DNA of 64,000 nucleotides from the human T2T-CHM13v2.0 reference genome, Homo sapiens, in assembly GCF_009914755.1 (NCBI RefSeq), contig NC_060931.1; one strand, written 5' to 3'. Numbering within the stretch: the stretch's first letter is position 1; each line of letters starts with the position of its first letter. The notes beneath the pieces were generated by a model. That model ran no database searches and had not been told where the DNA came from. It saw only the letters and a program-made list of their open reading frames with translations. Shown in pieces: positions 20,073-42,199 of the stretch. The position numbers and the translations under genes were made by a program.

Positions 20073-22358
20073 TAGCCAGGATGGTCTCGATCTCCTGACC
20101 TCGTGATGTGCCTGCCTCGGCCTCCCAAAGTGCTGGGATTACAGGCATGAGCCACCACGCCCGGCCACCAATGTATTTCTTAAATGTATTTGATGGAGGT
20201 CTCGTGCCTCCCTATACTGTGCCCCATCCACCTTGGGCACATGTTCTGAGGATCTCCCGAGGGCTGTGCCACTGGCCATGGTCATTCATACTTGGCTCAG
20301 AATAAATCTCTTTGAATATTTTAAAGAGTTTGACTCTTTTCGCTAAAACTAGCCAATCCTAAACTTGCCTAGCCTGCTTACCCTGACTCACCCATTTCTT
20401 CTCTCTCTCTCTGTCTCTCTCATGCCTGTGACCTTAGTGTTCCCTTGTGTGACCTTGCACAGCATGACATGCTCCCCTCCTCTTGGGAGCTGTAATAAAC
20501 TATCTTTTCCGTGGCAATCATCTCCTAATCTTTTGGCCTCACCAACTCTGAATAAAAACAAAACCTACATCTACATGTTAAAACAAATACTGCTTGCCTT
20601 GTACGCAGGAAGAGTTATAGGGCTGGTTAGGTCTTCAGGTGGGCAGGCCAATGAGTAGACTTCAGTTGTGGATAACGGAAAGAGACGGTCACTTCTGATA
20701 GAATAAGGGCTGAGCACAGAAGGCAAACAGGGTCAAGTTTGATCCGCCGGCAGACTCAAGACTGACACAAGGAACCACGGACAGGATTAAACCAGTAGTC
20801 ACTAGTTTGAATAAAAGTCATCCAAAGCCAAAAGTCAGGAATGAAGCTTAGGCTGGAGAAGCAGAGTACTGTACAGCATCAGGGGGCAGTGACATGGTTT
20901 TCGCTGTAGAGTAATTTAACTTATTCTTGTGAGTTGCTTCCTTCTCCCTTGAGGCTTAAAATTGGGTATGGCTATCAGCAACTTGTACTGTGATGCCAAA
21001 GCTGTCAGAATTAGAGCAGAATGGCCAACATGGACTGAAGCAAAAAATATAAGGAGGGAGTTCACAGGTAAGCAAAACTGGGGGCAGATATTTTTAGCAT
21101 ATTAGTGGAATCAAGATAATCCAGAGGGGAGACAGGGAGGAAGATGAGCAGCATATATGTGCATCTATACTTCCAACTCCCAAAATAGGTAATTCAGGTT
21201 ATGACTGCTCCCATTACAGAAAAATTCATAACACGGTTCCACCAATGATGAGAACCTTCAAGGCTCTTATGTATTTATCGATCACTAGCTGCTTGACAGG
21301 GAGGCCATGGGACACAGGAAATTAAAACGAATATGTTCAACACACACTAATCCCAAAGATCAGATAAAAATAAAAATAGAACATTTCCGAATAGGGGGAA
21401 ATGGAGTTTGATTGTCTTAACACCCAGCATATACAAAGTGTATACAGTTATTTTGTAATGTAGAGTTATCATGAGGAAGGTGCAGAGAGGAGGTTCTGAA
21501 CAATCTCTGATTGCTACATGGGTAAAATACTCAGATGTTTATAAGACATATAATCTCTCTGTTTTGTTTTTTTCCTCACTTGTAGTAGAAGTTTTGGTAG
21601 CAAACATAAGCCTTTCATCTGTCAAATGTACAGATTTCTTAGGGCAAACATAAACTTCTGCCTCTTTCCAGAGACAAAAAAAAAAGGGAACACTACGGGT
21701 AAATTGATGATTTAGCTCCAACCTCTCCCAGCCATATGTATGGGATGCTCCTGGTGTATCAGCCACCGTGGTTGGAATCCACCCCTCAGGGAGGCTGACC
21801 TTGCTTGGTGTAACTCACAGGGCTGGAACAACTATCTTCATCCAAGTTGATAGGAGAGGCAGCAGCAAACATGTTCTCAACGGAAGAAGTGCCAGATTTT
21901 GCTATTTACAAACTCCAATGTGGAGCAGTGGGAGATGGACAAAGCAACTCTCTTATGTAGAGATCATGTAGCAGCAGCAGTTCACCTCTAAAATTCAGCT
22001 AATATTTTCCTTCTTGCCATAGAACAGTGGGCAGGGCCAGGTGGACCAGCACCATAGTCAGTGACGCGGTGGCTAGGAAGTCCTTGGAAGTGCAAACCTT
22101 CTCAAAAAAGTAGACGGCAGTGGCTGGCGCACATGGAGGTTCAGGACAAGATGGAAGAGAATGCTTATCACAAAGCTGGTGACAGAGCAGGGGCTGGGGA
22201 GGGGCCGCTGCACAGGTCCATGATGAAGTCTTTTTGATGTTGAACCATTGGCATTCAGCAGTGATGAAGAAGACGGTGTCTCAAGAAGCTCTGGATCTTG
22301 ACCCGCCATCTGCCAGCGTCCCTGCCCTACTTTCTTACTCAGAAATGGAAACATAAGC

Positions 22359-22444
22359 CCTATAGTGAGCCATAATATGGGATCAATGCCACCTCTTCCA
22401 TGTGGGTGGCATTGACCGTCCCTCATATTATGGTTCCTTATAGG
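22359..22444. repeat. Imperfect 86-nt inverted repeat / stem-loop in non-repetitive DNA
   Basis: TCAATGCCACC/GGTGGCATTGA (11 bp), CCATAATATG/CATATTATGG (10 bp) and CCTATA/TATAGG stems; 11-nt loop. Confidence 0.85.
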
Positions 22445-22481
22445 ACTCTGTTCTTTATAGGACATCCTGCAGTGATTTAAA

Positions 22482-30123
<7,642 letters not shown>

Positions 30124-32195
30124 TTACAGAGAATCACAAGACAAAATAGCACATTCCAGAAATTCCAAGTAGGTCAAGTACATACAATGTTGGTCTGCAT
30201 TTTAAAAACTCGACTAAAGTCAATATTCAATCAGAACATTTCTCATAACAATCTGAATTTCTGGCTTCTTTTTAAAAAACTGGGCACTATGACAAAGTGG
30301 GCCCACATTCCCACGTGGATACAAGAGGCAGGCGTCCCTTTTAGATGGGACAGTTTGCCACAGCACTTCTCCCTTCTCCCACTGCTCTTGCATCCAGTTC
30401 ACTTCATCCATTTAACTCACCTTTCTAGTCCCTGCAGGCGTTTTGAGTTTACAAATACCACCCTACATGATGAGGACCAAGGAAGGTTTCAGCAGGAAAA
30501 AAGCCATATGATTAGCTTTGTTTTCAAAATGTCAGGCAGCCAGATGGAAGGCAGGAGAAGTGAAGAGTGGTAAGGAGACCAGTGAAATCCACAAACGCTT
30601 ATTCTATTAAAGATTAAAACAGGGCTACCATCACTGCAGTGGGAACAGGGCACCTTTTACCAAAAACTCCCATAACAGATGACTTGAAAACCACTGAGTT
30701 TATGCATCTGTAGGATATATGCAGGAAGATGATGAGGGTTTGAAACAAGGCAGTATGTACAGGGTGGAAAGAAAGGGGCAGAGAAGGATAAATATTTGAA
30801 AGGTTTTTGAGGGGAAGAAACTCTCCAACACTGGGTAACCAATTTGACAAAGGGAACAAGGAGAAAAAAAAGTATAGGACAATTTACAGCTTTTTGTCTA
30901 TGTCATTAGGTAGATAGTGGTGACATTCAAAAATAAGGAAATAAAAGCAGGAACAAGACTAAAGGAAAATTCATAATTCAATTTAGAATACATTGAATTT
31001 GTAGAGTCTACAGACATGCGACTTGACATCAAAAACCCCGATAAATTACCAAAGAAAACTCTTTTCCAACTATAATGCGATAACTTTCTAACAGCTTAAT
31101 CATGAGTGAAAATCAGAGAAAGGCATGGTTATATAAAATATTTTACAGAATGAATACCAACAAAACTAAGATTAAAGTAGACTATTATAGAATTGAATAA
31201 AATACTGCAACAAAGATGACAGAGGACCAATAACATCACATATAAAAGCATAATGATAAGATATAAAAACAGAACATAAACAAGTAAAGGTCCAGCAAGT
31301 CTCTCAATGTAAAGGAAATGCATTTATACCCTACACTGTTTCCATTAAAGATTTAAGATAGCTTACTACAAAAATATACATAGTAAAATGGTAAGTGTAA
31401 ATAATAGTAATAATTAAATGTAAAAATTTTTTTAATTATCACCAGGAGAAATCTGGACTAGAAAAAAAGAAACAAAATATGCAGAGCATAAGGGCTTTCA
31501 GAAATATCGTTGACAATGAAAGTAAAAAGCTCAACACAAGTGGCATGACTCTTATTATCCATTAGGAGAAAACACAGCCATTTCTCACTTTAAAAAGGAC
31601 ATTTTTGCTTTTTCCCTCAATTGAAAAGATAGCATTTCATGATAAAAATTTCTCTACATTAATTTAGCTTTATGAAAACTTATTACATTGTCTCTGTTTC
31701 TCAAATGTTATGTTACTGCAGGACAGTTGAATTTAAAAACAACAACAACACTTTACACAGTGACATTTGAGGATGACTACAATAAACAGAACAAAAAAAT
31801 TAATTGCATAAAGCTGCTTCTTGTGGTACCCCTTGATGAAAATAAACCACAAAATACTGAAATGTAACTCAATGAACACAGCTGGGTAGGTGGAGAGCAG
31901 GGAGGAAGGGAGAAGGGAGAAAGGGGAAAGGGAACATGAAGTGGGTGAGGTATACAGACTTCTGATGGTCCATCCTGAGCCACAGGAAGAATGGATACAA
32001 TTTAAAGGAGTGGATATACTGCTCATCCTTCAAACTATTGTGACTGGGCTTTGGTAAAAGCTCAGCAAGAAATGAAGAGTAGACAGAGTCTCACACCTGT
32101 AATCCCAGCAGTTTGGGAGGCCGAGGCAGGCAGATCACCTGAGGTCAGGAGTTTGAGACCAGCCTGGCCAACATGGTGAAACCCCGTCTCTACTA

Positions 32196-32429
<234 letters not shown>

Positions 32430-32609
32430 CTACTGGCTGAGGATGGACCTACAAAAATTGAATATCATCCAAGCACAGTATTGCTGAGGTCCTTTCATGA
32501 AAATTTGAGGCCTCGTTAAAGGCTGTCCCACATCAGCATAGATGAGGGCCCCATTAATAAAAGGCCAAATATAAAATGAAAAAATAAGAACAATCAGAAA
32601 GCAGACACC

Positions 32610-33451
32610 AGAAAACTATTCACTCATACATATATTTTTAAAAATGCAAATGACAGTATCCTTTAGCATCTATAAGCTAAGCAAAAGTAAAAAATAGCTG
32701 GAAAAATTCAATATTCTGCAGATTTTAAGACAGGAGTTATATTCAAAATTTGTTAAGAGGCTGGGTGCAGTGGCTCATGCCTGTAATCCTAGCACTCTGG
32801 GAGGCTGAAGCAGGCAGATCGCTTGAGCCCAGGAGTTCAAGACTAGCCTGGGCAACATGGCAAAATACCCTCTCTACAAAAAAAAAATACAAAAAATTAG
32901 CTGGTCGTGGTGCATACCTGTAGTCCCAGCTACTCAGGAGGCTGAGGTGGGATGATCACTTGAGCCCAGGAAGTCAAGGCTGCAGTGAGCCGAGATCACG
33001 TCACTGCACTCCAGCCTGGGCAACAGAGCAAGACCATCTCAAAAAAAAAAACTGTTAGAAAAAGCCAAGTAGTTAAACAAACTATGATAATATTAATGTA
33101 TCTGTGCAAAAACATGATTATGTACGATGTGAACAAATATAGAAAGATGCTTATGAGACAATATTAAGTGAAAAAAAAAAATGAGTGCAAAGTACTCTAG
33201 GATTGCCACAATATAAATTGATAGAAAAACAATGGTGGACCACAGAAGTCAGCAGAGCTCCATCTACCCAGCCTGAGGAAAGCACCTAGGAGCTGCAGAT
33301 AGCAGCTGCCATCTTCAGCACTTGCCCTGGACTAGCCCCATCTGCACTCAATTTTAGCCTCTCTTTGCCTGTTCAATGTCCCACCCCATCCCCAACCACC
33401 CATGCCCAAATGTATTCTTCCAAAAGGACATTTTCTCCTTTTCCATCTTCT
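32610..33451 (-). other. ZC3HAV1L: ZC3HAV1L 3' UTR (end approximate; contains an antisense Alu at 32759-33050)
   Basis: Follows the stop codon. Only a variant signal AATATA (32636-32631) is seen near the likely end, so the end is not well defined from sequence. Confidence 0.5.
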
Positions 33452-33468
33452 TTACTTCTCGCAAGACA
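33452..33468 (-). CDS. ZC3HAV1L: ZC3HAV1L terminal coding exon 5 (VSCEK-stop)
   Basis: Acceptor CCTCACAG|TG, then TCT TGC GAG AAG TAA. Total CDS 365+136+259+126+17 = 903 nt = 300 aa + stop, matching the recalled protein length. Confidence 0.85.
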
Positions 33469-33615
33469 CTGTGAGGTAGATATTATTATGACCATTACAA
33501 ATCTATCATTAAATGAATGAATGGTTACAAATTAAAGCTAAACAGAAGGCTTGTTTTCAGATCTTCCAAGCTGGACAAGCTTCTTCTTAGTTCACTGACC
33601 CCCTTTAAGGTTTAC

Positions 33616-33741
33616 CTGGGCAGGGCTTCTTGGCCGACTGAGCAGGGACAGAAGCCAGAGGACCAGCTTCTGCAGCTCCAGCTGCGTGCACTCCTTGCTT
33701 CTCAAGGCCTTGTGAATGCTCAGTCGAAGGTGATGAATTAT
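33616..33741 (-). CDS. ZC3HAV1L: ZC3HAV1L coding exon 4 (DNSSPSTEHSQGLEKQGVHAAGAAEAGPLASVPAQSAKKPCP)
   Basis: Acceptor TCTTTGTAG|AT, donor CAG|GTAAAC; 126 nt; open in the expected phase-1 frame. Confidence 0.92.
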
Positions 33742-35063
33742 CTACAAAGAGGAAAGGGATAAGTTTTCCTACGATACCCCAAGTTTCATTTTACGTTGGG
33801 AGCAACAGCCCAGCTAACCAGCCATCAGACAAGACTCCCAACACATGGATTTGGAGAGTTCATGTCTTCTGGATTTTAAAAAATTGTATGTGTGTGTGTA
33901 TAAAAAATAGAGAGAGAGAGAGCAAGCGGAAAGTCACTATGTCACAGGAGAGACTCACCAAACGAAACCAGATGAAGACAATGACAGGCCCTAGACACAG
34001 CATAGGGTAGAAGGTACCTGCCACCATTCACAGTTCCCTAAACAGCCCGACACTGGTATATGCAGAGCCCTCCCTGTCTGCACTCACTACGTCTGACACT
34101 AACATCCCAACACATGAAAACTCGATGGTGAAAGCTTAGCAACTCCGCCTTTGGTGATTTACCTTTCCCAACAGCAATTCTCCTAAGCCTACCACCCACT
34201 GATTTCTAGGTACCAGCAAATGTAACAGAATAAGTAACTGAATGCATTAGAATTAAAAGAACACCAAACCACACTTTGTAGACTAAAAAACTACTAAAGG
34301 CCAGGTGCAGTGGCTCACGCCTGTCATCCCAACACTTTGGGAGGCCAGGGCTGGAGGACTGCTTGAGCCCAGGAGTTCAAAACCAGCCTGGTCAACATAG
34401 CAAAACCTTGTCCCTACAAAAGAAAAATTTTAAAAAATAGCTGGACATGGTGGCATGTGCCTGCAGTCCCAGCTACCAGGGAGGCTGAGCAGAAAGATCA
34501 CTTGAGCCCAGGAGTTCGAGGCTGCAGTGAGTCATGACTGTGCCACTGTACTCCAGCCTAGGCAACAGAGCAAGATCCTGTCTTCAAAAACAACAATAAA
34601 AATTACTGAAAGACTATGGGAATATATTTATAATGGGAATATGCAATATTCCTAGCAATATGGGAAAATATGATGTTGTATAAAGTAGAAATTTAAGATA
34701 TTAAATTAACATATACTTTGAGCACAATTGGATTCGTGTTTGTATATAACAGAACTGAAGGGCCTATAATAAAATTGTAACAAGTATAGTAGATTAGAGT
34801 GAGCAAAATCATATACAATTTTCATTTCCAGTTGCTATTTTCCAAATTGTTCTGTAATGTCATTAAAATTACTTAAAAATTAACAAAGCCAAAAATTATA
34901 TTTATGACAAGAAAGCCATCCCTACATTAATCTTACTTTTCCACTCACCGGCCCATCTCCTTCCTCTTTTTCCTAACTATGCCATTAAAACTGTTCTACT
35001 AGGCCGGGCGTGTGGCTCATGCCTGAAATCCCAGCACTTTGGGAGGCCAAGGCAGGCAGATCA

Positions 35064-35331
<268 letters not shown>

Positions 35332-35609
35332 TTACCAACAAGCTACTGTTCAATCACTTGGGTAGATTCTAGTAGCTAGCAGTGACAGTGCTAAAGATAA
35401 ACTCCATCCCTTCTCTCCTTTGGTTAGGATCACCGTTCTATACAATACAATGTTGCCTGTTCTAAACTTTCCCAAGAACAAAGATGAAATTAACATAGGA
35501 ACTGCTTTGCCCCCAGACTCACTTTCATGTCACTGTTCTTACTTCTTCACAGTGAAGCATCGCAAAACCATATCGCTGATACTTCTCTGTCCTTCTTGGA
35601 TATTCCTAC

Positions 35610-35868
35610 CTGTATTTTCAAGCATCTTGTGCAGCTTCATATGCTTGTAGGTGGAGATTATCTGAAAATTAACAACACTTGGAATATTCAGTCCTTGGTC
35701 CTGTAGCAGCTTCAAAGATGCAGCATGGATAAGCTGATGGGACCGTTTGCAGGTCTGAAGTTTGCATTCTCCTTTCACAAAGGATTTGCACACATGAAAC
35801 TTGTTGCATTTATCCTTGAGGTTGCAGTAGCCATACAGGGCTTCCCCTTTGTTGTAGAGCAAACAGAC
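35610..35868 (-). CDS. ZC3HAV1L: ZC3HAV1L coding exon 3 ([44 protein letters not shown]...KMLENT); ZnF3 and ZnF4
   Basis: Acceptor TTTCTGTACCAG|GTC, donor CAG|GTAGGA; 259 nt; two CCCH motifs; lies within ORF 35539..35976. Confidence 0.96.
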
Positions 35869-35903
35869 CTGGTACAGAAATGAGGGAACACCTGAAATAT
35901 TAG

Positions 35904-36038
<135 letters not shown>

Positions 36039-37144
36039 TAGCTGAGAATACAGGCGTTCACCACCACAGCCAGCTAATTTTTGTATTTTTAGAAGAGACG
36101 GGGTTTCACCATGTTGGCCAGGCTGGTCTCCAACTCCTCACCTCAGGTGATCTGCCCACCTCAGCCTCTCAAAAGTGCTGGGATTACAGGTGTGAGCCAC
36201 CACACCCGGCCAATATTAGTTTTCACTCTATCTTTTAAGCCAAAAGACTATAGCTTCTCTAGCTAAACTGAAGACTAAATGACATCTTCTGATCACCAGT
36301 GGCTGTTAAAATCTTTGGGGGAAAGCCTGATGATAGTGTAGTGGTGCTAACCATACTCCCGCTGCTGTGGGCACTGGCTGCTTGTGACTCACAGCTGCCC
36401 CCTCTTACTTTACACTCTCAGCTGAACTGCCCTCTGTCCCCAAAGCCTGTAGCCAATGAATGACTTAGATAAAGCTAAAAAAATGCTAGAGTGCCTCAAA
36501 GCTAGACTCAACGTGATCTTTGTTCCACAGCTCCCCATGAATGAAGTCAAGGCCAGACCTTATGTGCTTGTAGCTTTTCCTTCCTTAGACCCTGCTTCCC
36601 TCTCTCCCACACTGGGTTTTCCTGAAAAGCCCGCCCTCAAAAAAATCACACATACCTGGGTCTCTATCTCAGGCTCTGCTTCCAGGGAAACCAGTTTCAA
36701 CGGGTGGCACAAAGATCTAATTTATGATCCAGACGAGGGCATTTTTAGGCTGCAAGGGAGCACTATTAATAATCACACTGGGACAACTAATATAAACTGG
36801 GTCTATCCCAGACACACCAAGACCACATTGATAGGGAACTTTATAATGATGGGATCAGGCTGTTGACCCTGAAACCACGCATCAGTCTTGGCCGCTCACA
36901 CAAAGATGACATTATATGCCTCCTGATGTGATGCAACAGAAATAGAACTGTCCAGGTTTTACTATGAAAGTCTGACATCCCCGGCAACCCCTCAGTCCCA
37001 GGCAAATGGGCTGCTGAGTCACCCTAACAATGCTGCACACGTAAAAAAACTCTTGCTATAAAATAAATCCTGGCTGGGCGCGGTGCCTCACACCTGTAAT
37101 CCCAGCACTTTGGGAGGCCAAGGCAGAAGGATCACCTGAGGTCA

Positions 37145-37522
<378 letters not shown>

Positions 37523-38331
37523 TCAGGAGTTCAAGACCAGCCTGGCCAATATGGTGAAACCCCGTCTCTACCAAAAATACAAAAATTAGCCAGTCATGGT
37601 GGCACCTGTAATCCCAGCTGCTTGGGAGGCTGAGGCAGAATTGCTTAACCTGGGTGGCAGAGGTTGCAGTGAGCCGAGATCACGCCACTGCACTCCAGGC
37701 TGGACGACAGAGTGAGTCTCCATCTCAAAAAATAATAATAATTAATTAATTAATTAATTAATTAAATAAAGTGAAATAAATCCTAAATCTGATCAAAATT
37801 TGAGGGATACAGGAACATGTTCAATAGTACTACAGGAATGTAATCAGTCAAATCTAAAATATGGGAAATCCTACAAGACACAGATGACCTGGTTTAAAAT
37901 GAAATAGCATCCTATTTATAATTGTGATGCCAATTTTCTAAAATAAATTCGTAACTTTAATGCAATTTCTACCCTTCTCAAAGAATTCCTTTAAAATAGT
38001 TTTAGGAATTTAAGTGATTCTAAAGCTTATCTGGAAAAGGAGACATGAACTGATTAAACAAACAAACAAAATTAGACAGGCACAGTGGCTCATGGCTGTA
38101 CTCCTAGCACTTTGGGAGACCAAGGATGGCAAATTGCTTGAGCCAAGGAGTTCAAGACCAGCCTAGGCAACACAGCAAGACTCTGTCTCTACAGAAAAAT
38201 TTAAAAAGTGGACTGGGCACAGTGGCTCATGCCTGTAATCCTAACACTGTGGGAGGCCAAGGCAGGCGGATTGCCTGAGCTCAGGAGTTTGAGATCAGCC
38301 TGAGCAACATGGTGAAACCCTGTCTCTACTA

Positions 38332-39066
<735 letters not shown>

Positions 39067-41450
39067 TCAAGAATTGGAGATCATGGAAAATAGATCCTAC
39101 ACCTACTCCAAATATAAGGAACAGCCTGTTCCTTATAGATTTGTTAAAATTAAGGAGAATAGGGATATGTAGGTCGAAGGGAACAAAGTTTCAATTAAAC
39201 AGGATGAATTTCTGGAAATCCACTGTACGGCAAGGTGACTGTAGTTAATAATAACATAATGGCCAGGCACAGTGGCTCACACCTATAATCCCAGCACTCT
39301 GGGAGGCTGAGGTGGGCGGATCACGAGGTCAGGAGATCGAGACCATCCTGGCTAACAAGGTGAAACCCCATCTCTACTAAACAAAATACAAAAAATTAGC
39401 TGGGCATCATGGTGGGCGCCTGTCGGGAGGCTGAGGCAGAAGAATGGCATGAACCCGGGAGCAGAGCTTGCAGTGAGCCGAGACCTCACCACTGCACTCC
39501 AGCCTGGGTGATAGAGTGAGACTCCATCTCAAAAAAAAAGAAATAAATAAAATAAAATAAAAATAAAAATAAAATAAAATAAATAAAAAATAAAATAAAA
39601 TTTAAAAAAATAACATACTGTATACCTGAAAATTGCTGTCCTTACCACACCCAAAAAATAATAGCCATGTAAAGTAATGGTATGCTAATTAGCTTAATCA
39701 TTGCAATCAATTCACAATGTAAATATATTAAAACACCACATTGTACACTGTAAATATAAAATTTTTATTTGTCAACTACACTTCAATAAAGACAAAAATT
39801 TGATAGAATTCAACTATGAAACTATATAAGCCTGGCCAGGCGCAGTGGCTCACGCCTGTAATCCCAGCACTTTAGGAGGCTGAGGCAGAGGGATCACTTG
39901 AGGTCAGGCATATAAGACCAGCCCGGCCAACATGGTGAAACGCTATCTCTACCAAAAAGTACAAAAATTAGCTGGGCATGGTGGCACGTGCCTGTAGTCC
40001 CAACTATTCAGGAGACTGAGGTGGGAGAATCACTTGAACTCAGGAGGCAGAGGCTACAGTGAGCCGAGGTACTTCCAGCCTGTGTGAGAGAGTAAGACCC
40101 TGTCTCAAAAAAAAAAAAACTATATAAGTCTGATGTTTTCTTGTGCAAGCCTTCTAACTAATGCTTTGAGGTTTGTTTAATGCTTTTATTTTAAAAATTT
40201 TTATGACACTATTTTGGCTTTCCGTTTCTTCTTGAATCCATTTTGACAAGCTGTATTTTTCTAGAAATTTGTCCATCAATGCACCAGCATGAAACTTTAC
40301 CTGTCTATTGTCTTTTTTATTGAGAGAGTGGTAAAAGCAATCATCAGGCATTTCATACAAGAGATGTGAGGCACCATTCTTGCCTCATGCACTGTGTTTT
40401 TCCACAGTCCCTGCTGCCCACATGATCACGTTTTGTGCCACATGTCACCTACTTCCAGTCCCAGGTGATGGGGACAAGTGGAGGCACAGGGGAGGCTCCT
40501 GTTGTAAGTGCAGCCAACCCATCAGCTGCTCACAAAACACTGAAGTAGTCTAATATGACAAGGTGAGGCTGGGCCCAAGATACATCCTAAAAAAGGGCAT
40601 ACCAAAAAAACATTCGATAGATTTGACAAAATAAAAACACTAAACTTCTATAAATCAAAAAGTACTATAAAATTAAAAGGCAAATAGCAGCGGCACCACG
40701 CCTTCTCTCTGAGACAGGAAGGACTGGACCCAGCCTCATAGGTGCAGCCACCCTCCTCTCCCTTCCTGCCAATAACCTGCTTCAGCTACTGCTTGCATCT
40801 ACTTTGGGCAACATGGTTGGTTGGAATGCCTCTGGCTCACAACCGTGACATACCAGACTTGGCTTCAGTGCTCGAAGAAATGAAACAGGTTATGCATGTC
40901 AGGAAGAAACCTGCTTGTTCCTGAGATCAACTCCAGGACTGCCTTCTGGGTACAGATTCTGCTGCCTTGAGAGCAGCCTCTGCCACCTGCACCAAAGGCT
41001 CCAGCTCCTACCTCTAGTCTTGTGGCTATCTTCCTTTCTAGACGCTGAAATGCATTAGAGTTAAAATCAGGCCACAATTATGAACTATCCTCTGTTTTCT
41101 CAACATCTCCCCTTCTTCCCATCCCTCTTCTGGCCAAGTGGAGGTGTCTATGATAGCATCACTGTGCTAGATTAGAAAATCTTGCTTTTAATTGGTGGTC
41201 TTAATTGATGTTCCAATTTTCTCTTGGGATTTGTACTATTTTGTTTTTAAAACTTCTTTGTGTATGGCTAAACTGAAACAAACGTACTATTTCGCCATGA
41301 TAGCAATTATAAAGGGTACCTTTAAAGCATTTGAAACTGAATCATGTTGCTTCGAAGGCAATTAAAATTAATATGTAAAGCCAAAAGAAAAATAAATGGG
41401 GAAAGTACTTGTAGCAAATGTGACATGAGGGTGACTCCTTGGTGACTCAC

Positions 41451-41586
41451 CTCTGGTAAAAGACAGGGGTCATTCTGCAAAAGCAGGATCCGAAGCTGGT
41501 TTTCATTGAGACCAAAAAGTCCATGGCTTTTCAGGACCTGCATGTTGACAGGTGTGTGGATATCATGGGAAAGGGTACAGGTAGAC
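41451..41586 (-). CDS. ZC3HAV1L: ZC3HAV1L coding exon 2 (STCTLSHDIHTPVNMQVLKSHGLFGLNENQLRILLLQNDPCLLPE)
   Basis: Acceptor TTCTTTTAG|G, donor GAG|GTGAGT; 136 nt; frame continues from exon 1 (TG+G = Trp). Confidence 0.96.
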
Positions 41587-42199
41587 CTAAAAGAACAAAG
41601 CCCTCGGTCAGATGCCCAGGTGAAGAAGGACCAGTCTGTCCAATTCCTTGCCTTGAGCAGCTTTCAATGTATTTAATACATGTGAAGTTGAGTAATTTTC
41701 ATGAAACCGGGGATAGTATGGCCTAATAAGCACTGATGGAAAATAAGAAAATTGGGTTGAAGGAACTCCTCTCCCAGGGTCATTTGAATTTTCAGTAGGG
41801 ATGCTTTGAAGCCAAGGGTCGCCCACCTCGCCTGAGGATGCACATCTGTTCCGTAGGCGACTGCACCTGGCCTTCTCCCCGGCAACAGCTGCCACAGTCC
41901 ACCAACGTTAAAAAGAAAGCGCCCCTATCCCCAGCACCGCTTTGGCGGGGTGTGTGGCTAGAGACAACCAAGGAAAATTCGGGGCTGTGAAGCACAGCCT
42001 GGGGTCAGGAGGCAGCCCCGAACCCCAGCTCTGGCAGTCAGGAACCACAGGGCCTCACCCAAGCCATCCAGCCCTGTTTCCTGGGGTGAGACTGGCTCAG
42101 CGCTGTTAAACCTAGAGGGCGCAGACCCGCTTCTGCACAAGTGTGTGGATATGGGGGAGCAGCGATTTCCGGCTAAAGGGTCCAGGGATCTCATGGGAT

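Noticed and set aside
33452-33468. ZC3HAV1L C-terminal SCEK as a prenylation signal like ZAP's CVIS
   Set aside because: The Cys is third from the end and followed by charged residues, so it is not a CaaX motif.
36456-36866. 136-aa plus-strand ORF in ZC3HAV1L intron 2
   Set aside because: Overlaps decayed LTR/L1-like sequence, with no domain or splice support.
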